DNA of 32,000 nucleotides, taken from assembly GCA_910584915.1 (NCBI GenBank), contig CAJUDM010000027.1, forward strand, positions 37,359 through 69,358. Reading direction: 5' to 3'. Below are positions 1 through 8,389 of the stretch, one piece after another. The translations under genes were made by a program, and so were the position numbers. This stretch comes from an uncultured Lachnospiraceae bacterium. GTDB lineage: Bacteria; Bacillota; Clostridia; Lachnospirales; Lachnospiraceae. A model generated the notes under the pieces. That model was not told the DNA's origin, did no database searches, and was given only the letters and a program-made list of their open reading frames with translations. Positions within the stretch are counted from its first letter, which is position 1, and every line of letters starts with the position of its first letter.

Positions 1-244
1 GCAGCACTAAGCGGAACCTTTCATGTGACGTGAGGAAGCCTGGCGGAGCAGGCTGCTGAGGTAACGTACAGCAGGCTGCCCGGTGCAGTTATTGTTTTGT
101 CCTTTTAAGGAGCATATCAAATGAATATGCCCCCTGTATCTTATGTTTATTTCAGCGCAGCCTGAATATCATCCATTATCTTTTTAGCATTCATCTAATT
201 TGATTACCTTTATCAGGAAAACTCTTTACCAGCGTTAAATCATT

Positions 245-3070
245 TTAATCAACCACTTCCCTCAAAAGCCGATCCAGTTTCTCCCTGAACTTTTCATCCA
301 CACCGTACCCGGTAAACGGTCCCCAGGTCATCTCCTCCAGCGTGCACAGTTCCTTCTCAAACGTGCCGCCGTCCAGCACATATTCCCTTTCCAGGATCGC
401 GCGCGTCTTCGGGTTTTCCTTCAGTTCCTCAAACGGAGTGTCCAGACTGTAGATCTTTCGGCAGGGCGTCGTCGGCTCATAGCAGAATTCATAGCTTCCT
501 GCTCCCGCGCGGAAAACCACATTCTTTCCGTCCTGGCGGATATCCGGTTTTTCGGATTGCCGGCAGTCTGCCTGCCGGCGTATCACATCCGCCTCCGCAT
601 CCGGAAGCACGATCTCAGCCTCCGTGTCAAACGGAACCGTAAACCGGAACCTTAACTGTTTTCCGTCGATCTCCCAGGCGGACTCTATCGTCCCGGAAGC
701 CGCGCGCAGCTTTGCCTGCGCCCTACCTATCTGATAATTTGGCATCGGCGCGATGCGGAATTTCTTAAATCCCACGCCCTCCTCACAGGGATTGATCCCC
801 GCCATATTGCGGAACATCCACTCCACGATGGAACCGTATGAATAGTGATTCAGAGAATTCATCGCCGTCCCGCTGATCTTTCCGTCCGGCTCCACGGAGT
901 TCCAGCGCTCCCAGATCGTGGTCGCGCCCATCAGCACCTCGTACAGCCATCCCGGATACCCTTTTTCCAGAAGCAGATGGTACGCCAGGTCGTTCATCCC
1001 GTTTTCGGACAGCACACGGCACAGCCAGGGGGTTCCCGTAAACCCGGTGTCAAGATGGTAGAAATTCTTTTTCAGCCTCCTCAACAGCCCTTTTCGCGCT
1101 CTCAAGGCAGCAAATTCAGGCGCCAGCCCGGTGTGCAGGACTACCACATAAGCTGTTGTCGTATCCACCGCCAGCTTGCCTGCGGGCGTGAAATACTCCC
1201 TGATAAACGCTTCGCGTATCTCCTCCGCCAGCTTTCTGTACGCGTCAGCATCCTCCTTTTTGCCCAGGATCCCGGCTGTCTTTGCCACGATATCAGTGGA
1301 ATAAAAATAGTAGGCGGAAGCAATCAGATTCGGATCCGTCGCCCCGTAGACACCGCCGGGATAATTGCCGTCCAGCGCCAGCCAGTCCGCATAATGTGTC
1401 CCGGTCAGCCACAGGCGCTTAGAGCCGTCCCTGTCATCCTGCCGCTTCATGTAATCCACCCAGCCTTTCATGCTGTCATACTGACGGCGCAGGATGTTTT
1501 TATCGCCGTAATGCAGATACACATTCCAGGGAATGACCGTCGCCGCATCCGCCCAGACCGTGGATGCATCCCCGGGGAAATTCGCCACCGGCACGACATC
1601 CGGCACACTGCCGTCCATTTTCATCTGCTCACAGTACAGATCCTTTCCGTATTTCGTATAAAACGCATAAGTATCCATAAAGTAGCATGCCGTCCCCGAG
1701 AAGATCTGCGCATCGCCCGTCCAGCCGTACCGCTCATCGCGCTGCGGGCAGTCTGTCGGCACATCGAGGAAGTTTCCCTTCATACCCCATTTCGCATTCA
1801 GCACAAGGCGGTTCACGAGCGGATCGGAGGTTGTGATCTCTCCCAGTTCCTCCATATCAGAATGGATCACCAGGCCGCGGAAATACTCCGGATCGATCTC
1901 CCCCTTCCATCCTTCCACCTTCACAAAGCGGAACCCGTAGAATGTGAAATGCTGGCGCACATCCCGCTCTATCCCATCCGAGATATATGTGAATTCTGCC
2001 TCCGCGGTCCGCAGGTTCTCGTTATAAAAGTTTCCGTCCTGCAGGATCTCCCCGAACTGAAAATGAAGCCTTGTCCCGGCAGGCGCCTTGCAGCGGAACT
2101 GCAGCCAGCCCACCATATTCTGCCCCATATCGAGAACCGCCTCCCCGGCGGGCGTATAGATCACCTCCACCGGTTTTATCCGTTCATGGACTGTGATCGC
2201 AGGGGAAAGCCTCGGATACAGCCGTTCATACCCCAACTCAATAACCTCTGTCCCGAAACTCTCACTGACATCCTGCGTCGCGTCATACACCTCGCCGTTG
2301 TAGATCCCGCTCGCTACGATCCGGCTCCTTCTCGCTTTCCATGACGCATCTGTTCCGAAAATATCCTCCGTCCCGTCCTCGTACCGGACATGGATTTCCG
2401 CCAGCGCCGCCAGACGGTCGCCGTAATTTTCATACTTCTTCCGCATGCCGTAGCGGCCTTTATACCAGCCGTCCCCCAACAGCATCTCCACACGGTTGTC
2501 TCCCTCTCTCAGATCCAGTTCATACGTCTGATACTGCAGCCAGCTGTCGTAATCACAGAAACCCGGAAGGAGGCATTCCTCCCCCTGTTTCTCCCCGTTC
2601 AGGTAAAATTCATAGACGCCGAGGCCGATCATATAGGCTCTCGCCTTTGCCACCGGCTTCATGATATGTATATCCTGCCACACCGCAGCCTGAACGCTCT
2701 TTTCCGCCGCAGGCGTGATCCACTTCGCCTGCCAGATGCAGTCGTTTCCGGTCACCGTCTTTGCCGTCTCAAACCACTGTACATCACTGACAGCACTGTC
2801 ACCTGTCTCGTCTGTCACCTTCACTCTCCAGTAATATCTTGTCATGGGTGCCAATGTGATTGGCAGTTCAAATCCTGTACTGACAATACTGTCACTCTCT
2901 CCGCTGTCGTAGAGGATCTCCGAAAAATCCTCTTTCAACGACACCTGTACCTGCGCTGCCGCCTGGCGCTTTCCTGACGCTTGTGTCACAACATAGGAGA
3001 CCGTCGGATCCGCCAGATCAAATCCCAGTGGATTTGTCAGGTGGTTTACTTTTAAATGTTCTACTTTCAT
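245..3070 (-). CDS. alpha-L-rhamnosidase, glycoside hydrolase family 78
   Basis: The track ORF is 245..3082 (945 aa) and opens with a TTG. The opening MKVEHLKVNHLTNPLGFDL... is the typical GH78 N-terminus, and the ~940-aa multidomain size fits bacterial rhamnosidases. I prefer the ATG at 3070 (MKVEHL) over the TTG at 3082. Confidence 0.85.
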   Translation of the reverse strand: MKVEHLKVNHLTNPLGFDLADPTVSYVVTQASGKRQAAAQVQVSLKEDFSEILYDSGESDSIVSTGFELPITLAPMTRYYWRVKVTDETGDSAVSDVQWFETAKTVTGNDCIWQAKWITPAAEKSVQAAVWQDIHIMKPVAKARAYMIGLGVYEFYLNGEKQGEECLLPGFCDYDSWLQYQTYELDLREGDNRVEMLLGDGWYKGRYGMRKKYENYGDRLAALAEIHVRYEDGTEDIFGTDASWKARRSRIVASGIYNGEVYDATQDVSESFGTEVIELGYERLYPRLSPAITVHERIKPVEVIYTPAGEAVLDMGQNMVGWLQFRCKAPAGTRLHFQFGEILQDGNFYNENLRTAEAEFTYISDGIERDVRQHFTFYGFRFVKVEGWKGEIDPEYFRGLVIHSDMEELGEITTSDPLVNRLVLNAKWGMKGNFLDVPTDCPQRDERYGWTGDAQIFSGTACYFMDTYAFYTKYGKDLYCEQMKMDGSVPDVVPVANFPGDASTVWADAATVIPWNVYLHYGDKNILRRQYDSMKGWVDYMKRQDDRDGSKRLWLTGTHYADWLALDGNYPGGVYGATDPNLIASAYYFYSTDIVAKTAGILGKKEDADAYRKLAEEIREAFIREYFTPAGKLAVDTTTAYVVVLHTGLAPEFAALRARKGLLRRLKKNFYHLDTGFTGTPWLCRVLSENGMNDLAYHLLLEKGYPGWLYEVLMGATTIWERWNSVEPDGKISGTAMNSLNHYSYGSIVEWMFRNMAGINPCEEGVGFKKFRIAPMPNYQIGRAQAKLRAASGTIESAWEIDGKQLRFRFTVPFDTEAEIVLPDAEADVIRRQADCRQSEKPDIRQDGKNVVFRAGAGSYEFCYEPTTPCRKIYSLDTPFEELKENPKTRAILEREYVLDGGTFEKELCTLEEMTWGPFTGYGVDEKFREKLDRLLREVVD

Positions 3071-3142
3071 AATCTGTGTCAATCCTTTCTCTCTGTCTTC
3101 TCTATACCTGATTTATTTTTCTGATATCTATATTAATCTGAT

Positions 3143-3173
3143 ACCGCCTGATCACCGCTTTAACACAGGCGGT
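3143..3173 (-). terminator. stem-loop between kinase and GH78 genes (possible partial terminator or processing site)
   Basis: Perfect 8-bp stem ACCGCCTG (3143-3150) / CAGGCGGT (3166-3173) with a 15-nt loop. It is followed on the minus strand by A/U-rich sequence but no clean U-tract. Confidence 0.35.
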
Positions 3174-3296
3174 GAATCTCATTTCCAGCCGCCGCTCCAT
3201 CAACGTTCAGCGGGACATAACGGAGAGCCTCGTTTTTATTCCGCAGTTCATCTTCCCATCTTAAAGTCACCAGACAGCATCGTCCTTTACATATTT

Positions 3297-5105
3297 TTAA
3301 TCCCATCTATCGACCCGCGTCCTCTGTCCCACCGTGACAAGGAATCCCCGCCCCCCCGTCACGTTCCCCGCCTCAAAGATCAGATTCTCAGAATACAGCA
3401 GGAGGCATCTGGTATATGTATTTGCGATGCCCATTCCACCAATCTCCATCTCTGCAGTCATGGATTTCTCCAGGATATCCTCCCGCACTTCCTCAAGCTT
3501 CTCCTGCAGTTTTCGCAGCATCTGCTCCGAGATGCCGGGACCGTTATCCTGCACCTGAATGATCCAGCGGTCTTCATACACTCTTCCCGTCACGGAAATA
3601 TACACGCGTGAATCCGTATTCTTAAAGCCATGCTTTACACAGTTTTCCACCAGCTGTTGGAGAGTCATCTTCGGAATGATCTGCTTTCCTATTATCTCAT
3701 CCACATCTATGCTCACATCCAGCTTACTGTCGTGCCGCGCCTTTAAGAGATAAAAATAGTCGTCCAGATATTCCAGTTCCTTTTTTACCGCCGCGTACCT
3801 CTCCTTGTTGTTCGTGGAGTAACGCAGCATATTTCCAAGACAGCCGCACATCTCACAGATCGCCTCGTCATTGTCAAGCACTGCCCGGGAGGAGATCGTA
3901 TTGAGTACATTGTAGATAAAATGCGGATTCACCTGTGCCTGGAGCGTGTCAAACTGCGCCTGCAGCTGCAATAATGCCGCCTGTTTCTCGTTTTTAAGTG
4001 CCCTGTCCAGACGCGCTGTCATCGCCTGGTACGCCTGTATCAGTTCCTGGAGCTCATCGGATCCTCCGACCTTCTCCAGATGTTTCGTATCCTGAAGGTT
4101 TTCAATATTCGTATTTTCCACCGTCTCCTGAAGGCGTTTGATAGGCTTTGTCAGGACACCCGACCAGAAAATGACCATCAGCATACTGATGCCGAAAGTT
4201 GCCAGCGTTATCAGAAACCCCACAGAAAAAAGGCGCCTTCTCTCCTTCTCCAGAAGAAAACTTTTTTTGTATGCCAGAACCTCCATATCAAAATCCGGGG
4301 AGGACGCCTTCGTATATATGGCGCCATCCTCTGTCCGTATCACATCCTCTTGCAGTTCCTTCATGCGCCTGCGGTCATCCTCCGCCAGTTCTTTCCCGTA
4401 CTCCTCATCGCTTGCGTAAAGAAGTTCCCCGCCGTTGACAACGATCAGAAAATCAATATCGGGATCCGACGTCTCCAGCGTGTCAAAAGTCTCCATCCTG
4501 CTCTCGACCTCCAGAAACCCCATCCCCTCCCCCCTCAGGGCTTTCATCAGGGAATAGACCCGAACCGGCTCGCTTGGTACCCAGTAGTCCAGATGTTCCG
4601 TCACGATCACGGACCTGCCGTCCGCCTCGATCACCGGCTCCAGATATGGGATTTCCTCCACCTTGAAATCCGTAATAAGCCGCTCCGTCCTCCTGTCACT
4701 GCCCCCTGTCTTATAGATGGCGCTACTTGTCAGAAAAGAATTCTGATTGAAGAAGACAGTCCGATAGCAGTTTTTCATCGTGTATTCCGTACTCAGTCCG
4801 GTACTGAGCTCTGATTTCGCATCCAGGACATACCTGTTAGGAACCTCTCTGCCCTGCGCTTCCGCAAGCCAGGTAATGCTCTCCAACAGGTTGGTATCCG
4901 ACAGAATATACTGCATGATCGCGTCCATCCGTCTGAGCCTTTCGTCCATCTGTGTCACATAGGACTTCGCTGTGACCAGGAGATTGTTCTGCTGGCTCGT
5001 CGTCTCATACTCAAGGCTGATCTTTGCCACCACAATGCCCAGGATCAGACTTACTAAAAGTGCCACGGTCATATATGCGAGTACCATCTTCTTACGGAAT
5101 TTCAT
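3297..5105 (-). CDS. sensor histidine kinase, YesM/LytS-type (HAMP + His_kinase + HATPase)
   Basis: 602 aa. It has an N-terminal TM segment (MVLAYMTVALLVSLILGIVVA) and a second TM followed by a HAMP-like segment (SGVLTKPIKRLQETV). It carries the QVNPHFIYNVLNTIS motif typical of YesM-type kinases and the ATPase motif VQDNGPGIS. Confidence 0.85.
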   Translation of the reverse strand: MKFRKKMVLAYMTVALLVSLILGIVVAKISLEYETTSQQNNLLVTAKSYVTQMDERLRRMDAIMQYILSDTNLLESITWLAEAQGREVPNRYVLDAKSELSTGLSTEYTMKNCYRTVFFNQNSFLTSSAIYKTGGSDRRTERLITDFKVEEIPYLEPVIEADGRSVIVTEHLDYWVPSEPVRVYSLMKALRGEGMGFLEVESRMETFDTLETSDPDIDFLIVVNGGELLYASDEEYGKELAEDDRRRMKELQEDVIRTEDGAIYTKASSPDFDMEVLAYKKSFLLEKERRRLFSVGFLITLATFGISMLMVIFWSGVLTKPIKRLQETVENTNIENLQDTKHLEKVGGSDELQELIQAYQAMTARLDRALKNEKQAALLQLQAQFDTLQAQVNPHFIYNVLNTISSRAVLDNDEAICEMCGCLGNMLRYSTNNKERYAAVKKELEYLDDYFYLLKARHDSKLDVSIDVDEIIGKQIIPKMTLQQLVENCVKHGFKNTDSRVYISVTGRVYEDRWIIQVQDNGPGISEQMLRKLQEKLEEVREDILEKSMTAEMEIGGMGIANTYTRCLLLYSENLIFEAGNVTGGRGFLVTVGQRTRVDRWD

Positions 5106-5115
5106 AGCTGCTACC

Positions 5116-5946
5116 CTATCCTTTTACCGAACCGGCAACCATCCCGTCCACGATCTTTTTGTTGAAGATTATGAAGAGGATCAGCATCGGGATCGTAATG
5201 ATAATAATATCGGCAAACAACAGATTGTAACTGTTGCCAAGCTGCCCCTGATAGTTGTACAGCGTGAGCTGCACCGTCGTATTTTCGGAACCCGGCAGGA
5301 AATACAGCGGATTCGTAAAGTCGTTAAACGTCGTCACCCCGACCAGGATGATGAGCGTCGCCTGGATCGGCTTTAACAGCGGAAAGATCACTTTTGAAAA
5401 TATCTGCCATTTGCTGCACCCGTCGATTCTCGCCGCCTCCTCCAGTTCCCGGGGAATCGACGCCATATAGCCCCGGTACAGCATGATCGCAAACGGCGTC
5501 TGCAGAGCTATCTCGATCATCACCATCGAAAACATTGTCTTGTAGATATGCAGGCTCTGCAGCAGATGGATCGTCGGCAGAATGGACGCCGGTATCATCA
5601 GTCCCAGCATGATCACAGCCTGTATTCCCGTCATCAATCTGTCATGTCTTCTCTGGATCACATACGCCGCCATCGCCGCCGTGACAAGCAGGCCAAGCAC
5701 CGTAAACAGCGTCAGTATTCCGCTGTTTTTAAATGCCCTCACCAGCTGATAATTCGCATGCTGGAACACCTCAATATAATTTTCAAAATGAAGCTCTCCG
5801 GGCCAGCCCAGGGAAAGCCTGTTTGCCTCCGGCTTCGATTTCAGGGACTGAACGAACATAAAATAAAATGGAATCAGAAAGACAATACATGTCACGATCA
5901 ATCCGACAATATCTCCGAGGAGGAGAAGCTTCTTTTTCTTTTTCAT
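5116..5946 (-). CDS. carbohydrate ABC transporter permease (MalG/LplC-like)
   Basis: 276 aa and multi-TM, with the EAA loop EEAARIDGCSKWQIFSKVIFPLLKP. Its start overlaps the upstream stop (TAATG). Confidence 0.85.
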   Translation of the reverse strand: MKKKKKLLLLGDIVGLIVTCIVFLIPFYFMFVQSLKSKPEANRLSLGWPGELHFENYIEVFQHANYQLVRAFKNSGILTLFTVLGLLVTAAMAAYVIQRRHDRLMTGIQAVIMLGLMIPASILPTIHLLQSLHIYKTMFSMVMIEIALQTPFAIMLYRGYMASIPRELEEAARIDGCSKWQIFSKVIFPLLKPIQATLIILVGVTTFNDFTNPLYFLPGSENTTVQLTLYNYQGQLGNSYNLLFADIIIITIPMLILFIIFNKKIVDGMVAGSVKG

Positions 5947-6818
5947 TATTGCATGGCCTCCTCTCTCTTATTCAGGAAATGCTGCAGCGGAAATGCGATC
6001 ACTGAGATCAGTATCAACATCACCACGTTGCCCGCCGTGGAGAGCCCGTAAAAGCCCGCCGCATACTGTTTATAGATGACAGACGCCAGCACATCCGTCG
6101 CAAATCCCGGACCACCCCCTGTCATCGCCCAGATCAGTTCGAAGGAGCGCAGTCCGCCGATCAGAGAAAGGATGATAATGGAATTCTGGGACGCCGCCAC
6201 AAGCGGAAGAGTGATGTTCTTAAGCTGCTGCCATCCGGTTGCCCCGTCGATCGACGCCGCCTCATAATAAGTCCTGTCGATGGACTGAATGCCTGCGATA
6301 TAGATAACCACCGAGATGGATAGCCCCTTCCAGACATCTGTCATGAGGATACTGGCGAGCGCTGTGTTTGGGTTACCCAGAAAATCAATCGGCGTTCCGC
6401 CAAGCATTTCAATCACCACATTGAAAAGCCCCTTTGTCGGATGCATCAGATAGGAAAAAGTAAGTCCGACCGCCATCATAGAAACCAGATTAGGGAAAAA
6501 TACAGCCGAGCGGATAAATCCCTTTGTCCTGATCCTACTGGTCAGAAAGATCGCGATGAAGAAGGCAATGATCACCTTCAGCGCGCTGGTTCCGAACGCA
6601 TAAATCATGGTATGTATCACCGAGGAGCTCATGGAATATTCGGAAAAAAATAACTTGTAATTGTCCAGTCCACAGAATTTCGCTGTATCAAAATTCCACA
6701 CGGTCAGGCTGTAGTACAGTGAAGTCACGATCGGCCACAGGAAGAAAACAGCAAAAATGACCAGGGACGGAAGGACAAACCAGACCGGATAGATACTGTG
6801 GTCTCTTTTTGTCTTCAT
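5946..6818 (-). CDS. carbohydrate ABC transporter permease (MalF/LplB-like)
   Basis: Multi-TM protein with the EAA loop YEAASIDGATGWQQLKNITLPL. The track ORF begins at TTG 6836, but ATG 6818 (MKTKRDH) has AGGAGG 7 nt upstream. Confidence 0.85.
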   Translation of the reverse strand: MKTKRDHSIYPVWFVLPSLVIFAVFFLWPIVTSLYYSLTVWNFDTAKFCGLDNYKLFFSEYSMSSSVIHTMIYAFGTSALKVIIAFFIAIFLTSRIRTKGFIRSAVFFPNLVSMMAVGLTFSYLMHPTKGLFNVVIEMLGGTPIDFLGNPNTALASILMTDVWKGLSISVVIYIAGIQSIDRTYYEAASIDGATGWQQLKNITLPLVAASQNSIIILSLIGGLRSFELIWAMTGGGPGFATDVLASVIYKQYAAGFYGLSTAGNVVMLILISVIAFPLQHFLNKREEAMQ

Positions 6819-6840
6819 GGTGAAACCTCCTATCAATGAA

Positions 6841-6867
6841 TGACCGCCCGATATCCTCAGGCGGCCA
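6841..6867 (-). promoter_or_regulatory. intercistronic stem-loop after the binding-protein gene
   Basis: TGACCGCC (6841-6848) pairs with GGCGGCCA (6860-6867), giving 5+2 bp with one mismatch and an 11-nt loop. It lies between the binding-protein stop (6897) and the permease start (6818). The position matches the mRNA-stabilising hairpins seen after binding-protein genes in ABC operons. Confidence 0.3.
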
Positions 6868-6896
6868 CGCTGTTATGTTCTCATTTCATTCGGGTA

Positions 6897-8279
6897 TCAT
6901 TCCCAGTCATAGCCCAACTGTATCGCAGATTTTTTGCAGTCCTCATCGTACATTGCCGCAGCCTCTTCGCCCGACATCTGGCCGAGCCCGACCGCCGTTG
7001 TCATCTGCTCACATGCCGTTCCCTTGATCGGGGACTGATACTCCAGCGCCGTTGTGATCTTTCCTTCATCAAAATATTTCTGCATATCCACACGGATCGC
7101 GCTGCATACAGATTCCGGCAGCTCATATCCCTTGATGCAGGATGGCCCGTTCGCACCGTATGTGTTAAAGTAGAGATCCAGGGCTTCATCGGTATAGTAG
7201 AAGTCAAAGAGTGCCTTGATCGCATCGACATGCTCGCTGTCTTTTCCCACATACCAGCTCATCGGCTCCCACACGGTAAGTCCGTGGTTGTCGGGGTCAT
7301 CGCCAGGTACGCCGAATACACCAAAGTTTTCAGGATCGTCCGCAAATTCAAGGAGCATCGGAAGCTGCTGTGTCAGGATGATCCAGTGCGTAGCTTCACC
7401 GTTTGCCATAGCGATGCTCGCATCGTCTGCAGTTGCCGCAGATTTATCCGCGTTCAGATAATCCACCAGCTCTTCATATTTTGTCCAGCTTCTGGTTGCC
7501 GCCGGAACATCCGCATATTTAGCCGTTCCATTTGTATAATCTTCCGCAAATGTCGGAACCTCCGCCTCCACATTGTAGTAATCACCCAGGAAGAGAACCT
7601 GTGTCGTCCATGTGGTACCGCCGCAGAAATAGATCGGTGTCTTTCCCGCGTCTTTGAGCACTTTACAGTTTGCAACGAAGTCATCCCATGTGTGGGGAAT
7701 CTCCAGTCCCAGTTCCTCATAGTCAGGTCTGTAGTAGATCACTGCTCCCGCCTGTGTGGAAGAGATCGGCAGCCCATAGACAGCGCCGTCGACCGTGACG
7801 GCATCCACGAACGCATCGTCAAATTTCGAGAGGATCTCCCAGTCTTTAATGTCCAGAAAGCCGCGGGAAGGGTTTAAGTCATACAGCTTCGAACCCGCGT
7901 TGTAGGCAACCAGGTCCGGAATATCCCCCGATGCCATTCTTGTCTTCAAAACATTATCTCCGTCCGAACCTCCGGGGCTGATCTCCACTTCGAATTCCAT
8001 TCCCAGCTTCTCGGTAGCCGCCGCGAAGACAGCCTCTGTCCCCGTGTTGTACTCCGCAGCTCCGCCCCATACTTTCAGGGTGACTCCCTCAAAGGGCTTC
8101 CCGCCGGACGCTTCCTCAGCCGCAGGTGCCTCCTCCGCACCGTCTGCCTCCTCAGCCGCAGGCTCTTCTGCCGCCGCAGGCGCTTCCTCCGCGCCGGAAT
8201 CCCCGCCCGAACTGCCGCAGCCGATCAGGCCAAATGCCATCGTGCCGGCAAGGACCAATGCCAATACTTTTTTGCTCAT
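6897..8279 (-). CDS. ABC transporter substrate-binding lipoprotein (family 1 extracellular solute-binding protein)
   Basis: 460 aa with a lipoprotein signal MSKKVLALVLAGTMAFGLIG|CGSS, then an E/A/P-rich linker and a sugar-binding-protein-like body. It sits upstream of two permeases. Confidence 0.85.
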   Translation of the reverse strand: MSKKVLALVLAGTMAFGLIGCGSSGGDSGAEEAPAAAEEPAAEEADGAEEAPAAEEASGGKPFEGVTLKVWGGAAEYNTGTEAVFAAATEKLGMEFEVEISPGGSDGDNVLKTRMASGDIPDLVAYNAGSKLYDLNPSRGFLDIKDWEILSKFDDAFVDAVTVDGAVYGLPISSTQAGAVIYYRPDYEELGLEIPHTWDDFVANCKVLKDAGKTPIYFCGGTTWTTQVLFLGDYYNVEAEVPTFAEDYTNGTAKYADVPAATRSWTKYEELVDYLNADKSAATADDASIAMANGEATHWIILTQQLPMLLEFADDPENFGVFGVPGDDPDNHGLTVWEPMSWYVGKDSEHVDAIKALFDFYYTDEALDLYFNTYGANGPSCIKGYELPESVCSAIRVDMQKYFDEGKITTALEYQSPIKGTACEQMTTAVGLGQMSGEEAAAMYDEDCKKSAIQLGYDWE

Positions 8280-8283
8280 AATC

Positions 8284-8366
8284 TTGAATCCTCCTTGTTC
8301 TTTTTTCGTTTTTCAACATATTTATATTTTATCCGTCGAAAAATGAAAAGTACATGGAGGATTCAA
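8284..8366 (-). promoter_or_regulatory. 11-bp perfect inverted repeat pairing the binding-protein Shine-Dalgarno with an upstream anti-SD
   Basis: TTGAATCCTCC (8284-8294, plus strand) is the exact reverse complement of GGAGGATTCAA (8356-8366); the arms are 61 nt apart. On the minus-strand mRNA the downstream arm is the GGAGG ribosome-binding site of the 8279 start. Confidence 0.4.
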
Positions 8367-8389
8367 AACAGGCGATTGAAAATCTGAAA

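Noticed and set aside
121-165. 14-codon ORF MNMPPVSYVYFSAA with AAGGAG 8 nt upstream; its start codon sits inside a GCATAT/ATATGC hairpin
   Set aside because: It is too short to evaluate without conservation or ribosome profiling. It lies in the tail region downstream of the GH78 gene and could equally be a terminator region.
845-2344. 499-aa plus-strand ORF, together with 2341..2664 and 2390..2977
   Set aside because: It lies entirely antisense to the well-supported GH78 gene. The sequence is Arg/Pro/His-rich and low-complexity, with no ribosome-binding site or recognisable domain. This is the typical stop-free shadow frame.
6840-7877. 345-aa plus-strand ORF
   Set aside because: It is antisense to the solute-binding protein gene, has shadow-frame composition, and contains no motif.
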